From: Candidatus Zixiibacteriota bacterium
GTDB taxonomy: Bacteria; Zixibacteria; MSB-5A5; UM-FILTER-46-8
NCBI GenBank assembly: GCA_026983835.1
Contig: JALSTH010000104.1
Location: 3,862 to 67,861, forward strand
DNA: 64,000 nucleotides
Direction: 5' to 3'
The notes under the pieces are model-generated. The model searched no databases. It saw nothing but the letters and a program-made list of their open reading frames with translations, and had not been told where the DNA came from. Below, one piece after another: positions 9,442 to 17,922 of the stretch (position 1 is the stretch's first letter; each line of letters starts with the position of its first letter). A program made the translations under genes and the position numbers.

Positions 9442-10136
9442 TTATGCGAAAAACGGATAGAGATGATGACAACGAAAACCTTGATCGTTGGCTATTGACC
9501 TATGCGGATTTAATTACGCTGTTATTGGCACTGTTTATCGTAATGTATTCGATATCGCGCATAGATACAAAGAAATTCGGGAAAGTTTCTGAGGCTTTTA
9601 ATACGGCTTTGAGTGGTACCAACGGGACATTGAAAAACGCTGAAGCCATTCTTCAGAAAGACAATTTAGATAAACTGGTAAAAATAGATAAGCTCCTTAA
9701 TATACAAACTCAAATTAGAGGATTTGTGGCTTCACAGGGTATGGAAAAGGATATCGATGTTATTTTAGAAAAAAATGATTTAACGGTTCATGTAACGGAA
9801 TCGGCATTTTTCGAATCCGGGAAAGCGGACATAAAACCAAAGGCTAAGAAATTCCTAAGATCCCTATCCTCGGTTCTCAAACAAATTCCCAACGAGATAA
9901 GAGTAGAAGGGCATACTGATAACATCCCGATAAGCACTCCTCAGTTTCCATCTAACTGGGAGCTATCGGTTATGAGGGCAACGAAGGTCGTTCGATTTCT
10001 GACAGAGCGGTGTGGAATAAAACCAAAAAGGATCTCAGCCCTCGGTTTCGGCGAATATAAACCGAGATTCCCCAATGATACCCCGGATAACCGTCGACGA
10101 AATAGACGAGTGGATATTGTGATACTTCGGGAATAA
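9438..10136 (+). CDS. motB: Flagellar motor protein MotB (single TM + OmpA-like peptidoglycan-binding C-terminus)
   Basis: N-terminal LTYADLITLLLALFIVMY plug/TM region and OmpA-like FESGKADIKPKAKKFL...GHTDNIPI...LSVMRATKV. It overlaps the motA end by 4 nt (ATGA). Confidence 0.85.
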   Translation: MIMRKTDRDDDNENLDRWLLTYADLITLLLALFIVMYSISRIDTKKFGKVSEAFNTALSGTNGTLKNAEAILQKDNLDKLVKIDKLLNIQTQIRGFVASQGMEKDIDVILEKNDLTVHVTESAFFESGKADIKPKAKKFLRSLSSVLKQIPNEIRVEGHTDNIPISTPQFPSNWELSVMRATKVVRFLTERCGIKPKRISALGFGEYKPRFPNDTPDNRRRNRRVDIVILRE

Positions 10137-10189
10137 TATTTTTGGCATCGCCTGATTGCCCCATATTAAATTTTTTAAATTACGATGGG

Positions 10190-10783
10190 TTATAAGGGTT
10201 TTCTGTCTTTAAGAGCCTTTGATAAGGTTACGATATCTGCGAATTCCAAATCGCCCCCTATTGGTAAACCTCTTGATATACGGGTTACTTTCACCTTAAA
10301 TGGTTTTAACAATTCCATTATATATTCCGCTGTTGCCTCGCCCTCAGTATTCGGATTGGTCGCCAATATTATCTCGGCCGCACCCTCGGAAACTCTATTT
10401 AACAGTGACCTTATCCTCAAATCGTCAGGTCCTATTCCATCAAGAGGGGAAAGCGCCCCCCCTAAAATATGGAATACTCCTTTATACTCATTGGTTTTCT
10501 CAAGAGCAAAAACATCCGAGGGCTTTTCAACTACACATATTATATTTTTGTCCCTGTCGGGATTACTGCATATAGCGCAGGGGTCTGTCTCGGTGATGTT
10601 TCCGCAGATGGAGCATTCGATAACTTTACTTTTTACTTCGATAATCGTTTCCGCTAATTCTTTTGCTTTATCATCGGGAAGTTTAAGAATATAGAAAGCC
10701 AACCTTCGGGCGGTTTTATAGCCGATGCCGGGCATTCCGGCGAATTGCCTTATAAGTTTTTCAAGCAGGGGAGAGGTAAACAT
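10190..10783 (-). CDS. recR: Recombination protein RecR
   Basis: LIRQFAGMPGIGYKTARRLAFYIL HhH motif, Cys4 zinc finger (CSICGNITETDPCAIC) and Toprim region. Length 197 aa. Confidence 0.95.
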   Translation of the reverse strand: MFTSPLLEKLIRQFAGMPGIGYKTARRLAFYILKLPDDKAKELAETIIEVKSKVIECSICGNITETDPCAICSNPDRDKNIICVVEKPSDVFALEKTNEYKGVFHILGGALSPLDGIGPDDLRIRSLLNRVSEGAAEIILATNPNTEGEATAEYIMELLKPFKVKVTRISRGLPIGGDLEFADIVTLSKALKDRKPL

Positions 10784-10784
10784 C

Positions 10785-11102
10785 TTAAAACGGCATACCC
10801 GGGATATTCAATCCTCCGGTTAATTTAGACATTTCTTCCTGCTGCAACTTCGCGGATTCCTCTTTAGCTTGATTAACGGCGGCTAAAACTAAATCCTCCA
10901 ACATTTCGATATCATCGGGATCAACAGCTTGAGGATCTATTTTGATCTCCATCAAATCGCCCTTCCCGTTCATCACAACCTTTACCATGCCGCCTCCGGA
11001 ACTTCCCTCAACGGTTAAATTTTCAAGCTCCTCCTGAAGTTCCGCTAATTTACGCTGCATTTTTTGAACCTGCTTCATCATATCGCCCATACCTTTTGCC
11101 AT
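10785..11102 (-). CDS. ybaB: Nucleoid-associated protein YbaB/EbfC
   Basis: 105 aa. MAKGMGDMMKQVQKMQRKLAELQEELENL... is typical YbaB. It ends 2 nt from recR. Confidence 0.9.
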   Translation of the reverse strand: MAKGMGDMMKQVQKMQRKLAELQEELENLTVEGSSGGGMVKVVMNGKGDLMEIKIDPQAVDPDDIEMLEDLVLAAVNQAKEESAKLQQEEMSKLTGGLNIPGMPF

Positions 11103-11141
11103 AAGAACTCCTCTATTCCTCTTAATTCATTAGAATTATTG

Positions 11142-12830
11142 TCAATTGCCCTCTTTATCTTTGGGTTTCCAGTCCACTAAATGCCCCCCGAATTTCTTTA
11201 GCGCCGAATCTATTATCTTATCGCCGGTAGGACCGGCAAACATAGGTTTATTTTGTTTTTCAGGATTACTCTTCTCAGTTAAAGCATCGGATTTACTATC
11301 GAAATTAAACTCCAAACGGATCGGGGTACCGAAAATTTTCTCGGTTAATAAATTTAGGGCTTTGATATTGTTCGGGGTATTTATTAAATTCGGAATTCCG
11401 GAATTGGTAACCTTTAATGTTAAGGTATTATTATCGAGGGCTTTTGGGATAGCTCCATTTAACAAAGCCCATAAGGTTTTCCTTTTCTTGCTCATTTCCT
11501 CAACAACAAGCTTCCAACCGCTTAAAACGGATCCCCAATCATTTCTATCGATTTTAATCGGGATTTTTCCTTTTATGCTTTCTTCTTTTGGTATTATTTT
11601 CAGTTCGGGGTGGTTATTAGGTATGGATGTTGGCTGTTGCGCTTTTTGGGGAAAATCAAAAATATCAGGTTCCTTAAAATCGGCGGCTATATTGGCATTG
11701 GAATATTCCATTTTTAACAGTTTCTCCAAATCGATGGTTTTTTCGAGGTTTGCCATCTTAATAAGGGCTAATTCGATGGAGATTATCGGTTCTATCGTCT
11801 TACGCCTGAAACCCGCAAAAAGCTCAGCGGATATATTCAACATCCTTAAAAGTTTACCCTCATCGAGATTTTTAAGGGCTTCTCGATATCCCTCTAAATA
11901 GTCCCCTGCAATTTCACCCAAATATTGTCCATCATTATCTAATTTTATAACCAAAAGGTCTCTAAAATGCTTGTTTAAGCTTTCGAGGAAGTATTCGATA
12001 TTGCCTCCCGAATTGATAAAAGTACGAAATAATTTAATAACTTCTAAAGGTTTTGAACGGCTAATGGATATGGATATTTCCAATAATACTTTTTTATCAA
12101 CCAATCCCAATATTTCGGAGACTTTCTCCGAATTGATTTTTTCATCACTCGAAGCAATAACCTGATCCAGTAACGATAATGCATCCCTTAAACTGCCGGA
12201 AGCCTTTGTGCAAATCAGTTCCATTCCCTCCTCATCAAGGACAACCCCTTCTTTATCACATATTGATTTGACCGCATTAATCAATTTTGGAAGGGGTATA
12301 AGTCTAAAATCGAACTTAAGACAGCGGGACATAATTGTGGCCGGAACCTTCTGGGGTTCGGTAGTCGCCATAATAAATATGCCATGTTTGGGTGGTTCTT
12401 CGAGAGTTTTCAGCAAAGCGTTGAAAGCCTCCGAGGTGAGCTGGTGGACCTCATCAATGATGTAAATTTTATACTTGGATCTGATGGGAGTATATCTTAT
12501 CGCCTCGCGCAGGTCGCGTATATCATCGATACCACGATTGGAAGCCGCGTCGATTTCAATTACATCGGGACTGTTCCCGGAGGCGATTTCCAAACAGGAA
12601 TTACAGATGGAGCAAGGTTCACCATCTGTAGGATTTTCACAATTAAGCGCTTTGGATAAAACGCGGGCGGTTGTTGTTTTTCCGGTTCCGCGGGGTCCCG
12701 AAAAAAGATAACCGTGGTGTATTTTACCAAAGGCGACCGCATTTTTTAGCGTCAGGGTAATATGTTCCTGCGCTATTATTTCGGAAAAGTTCTGCGGCCT
12801 ATGTTTGAGGGCGATTACTTTATAGGTCAT
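11142..12830 (-). CDS. dnaX: DNA polymerase III subunit gamma/tau
   Basis: Walker A GPRGTGKTT, zinc module (CENPTDGEPCSICNSC) and the SRC motif. The start was trimmed to MTYKVIALKHRPQNF at ~12830, because the track ORF extension (to 12917) would overlap the SRP RNA gene. Confidence 0.9.
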   Translation of the reverse strand: MTYKVIALKHRPQNFSEIIAQEHITLTLKNAVAFGKIHHGYLFSGPRGTGKTTTARVLSKALNCENPTDGEPCSICNSCLEIASGNSPDVIEIDAASNRGIDDIRDLREAIRYTPIRSKYKIYIIDEVHQLTSEAFNALLKTLEEPPKHGIFIMATTEPQKVPATIMSRCLKFDFRLIPLPKLINAVKSICDKEGVVLDEEGMELICTKASGSLRDALSLLDQVIASSDEKINSEKVSEILGLVDKKVLLEISISISRSKPLEVIKLFRTFINSGGNIEYFLESLNKHFRDLLVIKLDNDGQYLGEIAGDYLEGYREALKNLDEGKLLRMLNISAELFAGFRRKTIEPIISIELALIKMANLEKTIDLEKLLKMEYSNANIAADFKEPDIFDFPQKAQQPTSIPNNHPELKIIPKEESIKGKIPIKIDRNDWGSVLSGWKLVVEEMSKKRKTLWALLNGAIPKALDNNTLTLKVTNSGIPNLINTPNNIKALNLLTEKIFGTPIRLEFNFDSKSDALTEKSNPEKQNKPMFAGPTGDKIIDSALKKFGGHLVDWKPKDKEGN

Positions 12831-12840
12831 AATAATTTTT

Positions 12841-13104
12841 GTGTGCACCCACCTCCGACCCTCTGCACAAATGCGCATCGGGGTAGTTAACTCAGACCGA
12901 GCCACCCCGCAACACACCGAGTGTTCGCTTACCGCTGCTACCTTCCGGTCCTGACGGGGTTCGGCGATCTTCAGTTGTGCGGGACCCGATCCTCAACGCC
13001 ACTTGCACCGATAACGCAAATGGCTTTAGGCCTCGGGTGGGAATTCGACCCCGGTATAGCGGATTCCGGGTTACAGGGCACCGCTAGCTCCCCGTCTAGC
13101 ACAT
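12841..13104 (-). ncRNA. ffs: Signal recognition particle RNA, long (Bacillus-type, Alu-domain-containing) form, about 264 nt
   Basis: Minus-strand sequence contains the domain IV core GUCAGGACCGGAAGGUAGCAGC. The 5' part (GUGCUAGACGGGGAGCUAGCGGUGCCCUGUAACCCGGAAUCCGCU...) closely parallels the Alu domain of B. subtilis scRNA, and the 3' end (...GGUGGGUGCACAC) pairs back with the 5' end. It lies between tRNA-Ala and dnaX, as in the scr-dnaX-yaaK-recR arrangement. Confidence 0.85.
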
Positions 13105-13113
13105 AAATTCTAA

Positions 13114-13186
13114 TGGAGTTGAGGAGATTCGAACTCCCGGCCTCCTGAGTGCGATTCAGGCGCTCTCCCAGCTGAGCTACAACCCC
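13114..13186 (-). tRNA. tRNA-Ala (anticodon CGC); CCA not encoded
   Basis: Minus strand reads GGGGTTGTAGCTCAGCTGGGAGAGCGCCTGAATCGCACTCAGGAGGCCGGGAGTTCGAATCTCCTCAACTCCA. It folds as a cloverleaf and carries the G3:U70 Ala identity pair. The anticodon loop is AUCGCAC. Confidence 0.85.
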
Positions 13187-13399
13187 ATTCCTTTCACTAA
13201 AAATCAAACAATAATATAAAAAATCAATAATTATTGCAAATGAAAATTTGTAAAGGTTAATTTCAAGCGGAATATTCAATATTGGAACTCATCGGATATT
13301 TTTGTAAATAAAAACCGCAAGTGTTCCGATAACATATATAACCACAAATAGTTGTGGAAAGCGGTCTAATCTTACATTTAAGCATCCGGAGATTATTTA

Positions 13400-15226
13400 A
13401 TGAATCTGGGTTCAACCCGTAAAATCCTAAAATGGATATCAGGAATAATCCTTATCGTTGCTGTTATACTTATAATCCAATCCGAATCATCAATTAAGAC
13501 AAAATTGGATGATTTAAATCGGAAGGATCTACTAACACAAAACCAATATTCGGGGATGGAGCAACAGCTTTTTCAAATATCCTCTTTGTTGGAAAGGATA
13601 TCGGGGTTATTAAATAAGCACATTCTCGCACTATCCGCCAATGATAAAAGTAATTTTTCAAACCGCATTAATTCCTATCAAAATAAACTCCTAAATACAA
13701 TTTACGATCTTGAGGGAAAATTGGATGAGGATCAAATTCAAATAATGGATGAAATCAAAAATGATGTGGCGTTATATATAACTAACGATATGATAGTGCA
13801 GGATTATAGCAATAGGGGATTAAAAAAGAAGGCTTGGGGATTTATACAGGATAGTTTGGAACAAAATTTCAATAGCGCTTTAACAAATATCGACAAATTG
13901 AACCAACAGCTTTCGGATAGCAAAGATAGAGAATTAGCGAAATTGAAGGGTGATATAGCAGGAGTGGAAGCTAAAGCCGACTTTACACTTAAAGTGGCTT
14001 ATATGCTAATACTATTTTCTATTGCGGGGTTTCTTTTTTCCTTCTTTATGCCGTCAAGGGGTAAGGCAAACCAAAGACAACGGGATAATAAAAGAATTAA
14101 AACTAAAAACAGGGTAGATAGTACGGAAAGGAATTCGCAAACTATTGAGGGGTCCGCAACCGTCGAAACAAATTATTCCAAAAGTAATAAGATTGCCGCA
14201 AATGTAATCAACAAACCCTCCCAAGATTCAATACAGGAAGAGCTCAGACAACAAAATGAAATTGCGAAACAAAGGAAAAAAATGCTGAATGAGGTCGATA
14301 AATTGACTTCTTATGATACGAAACGAGATAAACCATCATTGGATTTCGGAACCTATTTCAAGAATTCCAATAAAGTATCGGAATTGCTTAAATCGGCGGG
14401 AGAACTGTCATCCTCATCAATTGTCGAAGCTCAAGATATAGCCCTAAAAATTGCGAAAATGGGGGAGTACGAAATAAGGAAATTAGCTTCATATACAATT
14501 AAGATGTCAAGGGATGTGCAGAAGATTATTGATAAAAACAACAGCGCACTGCTTAACAACCTTAAAAACGCCGAAAACACAAGCGCAGAACTCCAAAACA
14601 TTGTCAAGAATATCGGTCGAATTGAAAATCTGCTTACAGGAATCGAGGGTACTGAAGATATTATAAATTCATTGGATAATATGACGGTGAAAATAGGGGG
14701 CTTAAACCAAATAAAGAAAAAGCATTCTTTTGAAGGATTAACAAATGAACTTAAAGCCACCTTCCAAGATATTGAAAATGGAGAATTGGAAGGCGAAGAA
14801 ACATCGTTAAATAATTATGAAGAGGAATCGATACAGCCAAGCATACCCGATGATATCGATATAGTTACGGCGAATACTTCATTGGAATCTTTAAGTGAAG
14901 AAGATGTTTCCGAGAATAGTACGGGCGAAGAAGAAACCATAGAGAATACTAAGTCCGATAATGCATCCGATGATTTAGAGCAGGACAAAGCATCTTCAAA
15001 TGATGGAAATATCGGGGACACTCCAAAGAATGCCGAGCCGCAAAAAGATCAGGAAAATGATGTGCAAATCCTTTCTGACAAAGAACTTGAGGAAGCACTG
15101 AATGGAATCGAACCTCCGAATGGTATTACCGACAAAGTTCCCGATAACGAGGGAAATAATATAAAGGATATAACAGATAATATCGATAAACAAGCCGATG
15201 AAGAATTGATGGCCGATAAAGATTAA
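13400..15226 (+). CDS. Hypothetical membrane-anchored coiled-coil protein with a strongly acidic low-complexity C-terminal tail
   Basis: 608 aa. N-terminal TM (ILKWISGIILIVAVILII), second hydrophobic segment (VAYMLILFSIAGFLFSFFMP), long heptad-like helical regions, and a D/E-rich last ~150 aa. No recognisable catalytic motif. Confidence 0.5.
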   Translation: MNLGSTRKILKWISGIILIVAVILIIQSESSIKTKLDDLNRKDLLTQNQYSGMEQQLFQISSLLERISGLLNKHILALSANDKSNFSNRINSYQNKLLNTIYDLEGKLDEDQIQIMDEIKNDVALYITNDMIVQDYSNRGLKKKAWGFIQDSLEQNFNSALTNIDKLNQQLSDSKDRELAKLKGDIAGVEAKADFTLKVAYMLILFSIAGFLFSFFMPSRGKANQRQRDNKRIKTKNRVDSTERNSQTIEGSATVETNYSKSNKIAANVINKPSQDSIQEELRQQNEIAKQRKKMLNEVDKLTSYDTKRDKPSLDFGTYFKNSNKVSELLKSAGELSSSSIVEAQDIALKIAKMGEYEIRKLASYTIKMSRDVQKIIDKNNSALLNNLKNAENTSAELQNIVKNIGRIENLLTGIEGTEDIINSLDNMTVKIGGLNQIKKKHSFEGLTNELKATFQDIENGELEGEETSLNNYEEESIQPSIPDDIDIVTANTSLESLSEEDVSENSTGEEETIENTKSDNASDDLEQDKASSNDGNIGDTPKNAEPQKDQENDVQILSDKELEEALNGIEPPNGITDKVPDNEGNNIKDITDNIDKQADEELMADKD

Positions 15227-15428
15227 TCGATAAACACGCATAAACCTCATCAATCCCCCCTTGAAAGCAAAAAGACAATTTTATAATATGTGAAAGGATA
15301 TACACTATCCCTGCAAGCTACTGCATATAGTTGATATGACAATATTATATTATCTTAATTACACTTAGTTAATCCATTATGGGACAGCGGATAATATTTC
15401 GGTAGGTGATGATTCAAACAGCGGGGAT

Positions 15429-15443
15429 TGGCACATAATTTGC
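15429..15443 (+). promoter_or_regulatory. Sigma-54 (RpoN) -24/-12 promoter element, TGGCAC-N5-TTGC
   Basis: Sequence tTGGCACataatTTGCt matches the canonical consensus exactly, about 70 nt upstream of ATG 15514. A good Shine-Dalgarno (AAGGGAG) precedes the start. Confidence 0.55.
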
Positions 15444-15513
15444 TTGATTAATAAGGCGATAGTAGTAGGTTAGGAATTATTCTGAGCTCACAGGAAGTTA
15501 TAAGGGAGCATTT

Positions 15514-16338
15514 ATGAAGAAATATTTGATAGTATTGTTATTTATTTTCGCAATTGTGTGGGCACCACAGATTTATTCGCAGGAACGGCCTGCTGTTCAT
15601 ACTACATATCCTGAAAATGGTTTGTCGGGATCGATTATAATTACTCCCAATGATTCAACCTGTGAGATAGGAACTGATGGAGGATATTTCCGCTATGATG
15701 TTTTGATTAGTAATAATTATAGCCATTTGGCAAACGGTTATATATGGGGGAAGGTGCATAGTGTCGAAACTGGTCAGGAATGGGGTCCCCTGCTTTTGAC
15801 ATCGCTAACCTTAGGCCCTTATGAAACTCTATTGATAGAGGATGCGGATTTATATGTTCCTTATTGTATAAGTGAGGGGTCCTATTTATTTGTCGTCAGT
15901 ATTGGATGCTATCCGATTATAGTCGATAGTGATACAGCCGAGTTCTTTAAGGATGGTGAATCTGAAATAGATTGTCCTCCCAACCTTCTTGTTGATGAAA
16001 ATACTAACATTCCGCCGGGATCGGTTGAGTCTTCGTGTAATGGTGGTAGTATCGATGATAGCGGAATTATCCCTATGGCATTCAACATAAATAAAATTTA
16101 TCCTAATCCTTTTAATGCGTCGGTTAAAATAGATTTCAGCTTGTTCCAACCCAATGAAGTAAGAGTTAAAATTATAAATCTTGCGGGGGAGGTAATCGAA
16201 ACTCTTGAAAACAATTATATGGATGCCGGTGAACACGAGCTGATTTGGAAGGCATCTTCGAAGTCGTCAGGAATATATTTTATAGAATTAGAAGTTTCCG
16301 GGAAAAAGGAAATACGGAAGATATCTTTAATAAAATAA
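15514..16338 (+). CDS. Secreted protein with a type IX secretion system C-terminal sorting domain (Por_Secre_tail / type A CTD); the passenger domain has no known function
   Basis: N-terminal signal peptide MKKYLIVLLFIFAIVWAPQIYSQ. The C-terminal ~80 aa carry the canonical CTD motifs KIYPNPFNASVKIDF, SGIYFIELEV and a terminal KEIRKISLIK. Confidence 0.85.
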   Translation: MKKYLIVLLFIFAIVWAPQIYSQERPAVHTTYPENGLSGSIIITPNDSTCEIGTDGGYFRYDVLISNNYSHLANGYIWGKVHSVETGQEWGPLLLTSLTLGPYETLLIEDADLYVPYCISEGSYLFVVSIGCYPIIVDSDTAEFFKDGESEIDCPPNLLVDENTNIPPGSVESSCNGGSIDDSGIIPMAFNINKIYPNPFNASVKIDFSLFQPNEVRVKIINLAGEVIETLENNYMDAGEHELIWKASSKSSGIYFIELEVSGKKEIRKISLIK

Positions 16339-16368
16339 CTATCTTCGCACAAAAGCTATTCGCTTATA

Positions 16369-16396
16369 AGCCGGGATATTTATCTCGGCTTTTTTA
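16369..16396 (+). terminator. Rho-independent terminator (10-bp stem with one G.U, 2-nt loop, U-tract)
   Basis: AGCCGGGATA tt TATCTCGGCT followed by TTTTTTAATTT, 30 nt after the stop of the T9SS cargo gene. Confidence 0.6.
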
Positions 16397-16587
16397 ATTT
16401 CGTACATTCCCATTTTAAAATAATATCTTTACTACCGGTTCTATCCCGCAACTCGGCATTACAATCGAAAATTCCGGAAAATATCATATAAACTATTTTC
16501 ATATCGCATAATCAATCAAGCATCACCCCCTTGATGCCGATAATAATATTACTGTTTTGAAAAATAATAATCCTTCGATTAGATGAT

Positions 16588-17922
16588 TTGTATGAATATC
16601 CGGCGTTAACGAGCAAGGACACAAATTACGGAATGGAATCCATAAAACAATCGTTAGAACATCAAAAAAAACAATATGACAAAGGAAGCAATGTTAGCAG
16701 TGCTATACGAAAACTATGGTCATATTGTTCCGATAGAAATTTTTCCGGCTATGACCCTCACGATGCTCTCAACTCCCCTGTTTTGAGGTTGTCGGGCAAG
16801 CTCCCCCGACAATTGGCGATACAGTTTCTAAAAAGGTCCCCCATAAATTTTAGGAGTTTGTTTGGCATTCCGAAGGGGGAGAATCCCAAGGGGTTGGGTT
16901 TGTTTTTATCGGCGGCAACTAAACTTTATAAAATGATAGGTGATGATGTATATAAATCGACTGCATATAAACTCGCCGAAAAGCTTGCTCTATTACGGAG
17001 TGAAGGCTATTCATCATATTGCTGGGGTTATAATTTTGATTGGCAGTCGAGGGCATTTTTCCTCCCCAAATATACTCCGACAATCGTCGCCACGACATTT
17101 ATTGCAAATAGTTTTATTGAAGCGGCGCAGGTTTTTGGAGATGATGAGTTTTTGAAGATTGGGATTTCAGCTGCGGGTTTTGTTGCCGGCGATTTGAATC
17201 GGAGTAACCTTGATGATTCAATATGCTTCTCCTATTCTCCAAAAGATAAAAGCTGTGTTCATAACGCTAATATGTTAGGGGCGGCATTTTTGGCAAAGGT
17301 TTCCAATCTTGCTGATAATGATGAATATATGGAATTAGCATATCGCTCCGCCGAATTTTCCTTGAGATATCAGAACCCCGATGGTAGCTGGTATTATGGT
17401 GTATCTCCATCTCAAAATTGGATAGATAACTTTCATACCGGTTATATGATAGATACGCTTTCCGAATATATACGCTATTCTAATCGCTGGGAATTGGAGA
17501 ACAGCTTAAACAGAGCGATAGATTTTTATGTGAATAATTTATTTACAATCGATGGAGTTCCCAAATATTACCCGAATAAGTTATTCCCGATAGACATACA
17601 TAGTTGCTCGCAAGCGATAATCACCTTGAGCGACTTATCCCGAAAGTCGGCTTCATTTCAGGGATTATTGGAAAAATGCGTAAATTGGATATTGGAAAAT
17701 ATGGTTGATGCTCGGGGATATTTTTATTTCCAAAAGCATAAATTCTACATCAACAAAATTCCTTATATGCGATGGGGACAGGCATGGATGCTTAAAGCAT
17801 TGGTTGAATACTATTGGTATCTGCTGAAAACAGGTAAAATATCGGGAGCTGAAAATATATCCGACGGATACAGCATTATTTTCGGAGAGGAAGGATTTTC
17901 ATTTGAGAAGGTGGAAAGATGA
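16588..17922 (+). CDS. Hypothetical protein of a polysaccharide-biosynthesis cluster, possibly an (alpha/alpha)6-toroid glycosyl hydrolase/epimerase-like enzyme
   Basis: 444 aa and W/Y-rich with repeated aromatic-Gly motifs (SYCWGYNFDW, NPDGSWYYG, YMRWGQAWMLKAL). The family assignment was not verified. The true start may be the internal Met (MESIKQ...). Confidence 0.35.
   Translation: MYEYPALTSKDTNYGMESIKQSLEHQKKQYDKGSNVSSAIRKLWSYCSDRNFSGYDPHDALNSPVLRLSGKLPRQLAIQFLKRSPINFRSLFGIPKGENPKGLGLFLSAATKLYKMIGDDVYKSTAYKLAEKLALLRSEGYSSYCWGYNFDWQSRAFFLPKYTPTIVATTFIANSFIEAAQVFGDDEFLKIGISAAGFVAGDLNRSNLDDSICFSYSPKDKSCVHNANMLGAAFLAKVSNLADNDEYMELAYRSAEFSLRYQNPDGSWYYGVSPSQNWIDNFHTGYMIDTLSEYIRYSNRWELENSLNRAIDFYVNNLFTIDGVPKYYPNKLFPIDIHSCSQAIITLSDLSRKSASFQGLLEKCVNWILENMVDARGYFYFQKHKFYINKIPYMRWGQAWMLKALVEYYWYLLKTGKISGAENISDGYSIIFGEEGFSFEKVER

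Noticed and set aside
10143-10161. TGGCAT-N7-TTGC sigma-54-like string
   Set aside because: The spacing is wrong (7 instead of 5), and it sits between the convergent stops of motB and recR with nothing downstream to transcribe.
12086-12100. T_AAA_AAA_G run inside dnaX, reminiscent of the E. coli dnaX -1 frameshift heptamer
   Set aside because: It lies near codon 245 rather than at the domain III/IV boundary, is not an exact A_AAA_AAG in frame, and has no obvious downstream stem-loop. It is probably coincidental.
12971-13279. Track ORF (102 aa, minus strand) and the dnaX N-terminal extension 12831..12917
   Set aside because: Both lie over the SRP RNA and tRNA-Ala genes. Their translations are low-complexity and explained by structured RNA sequence.
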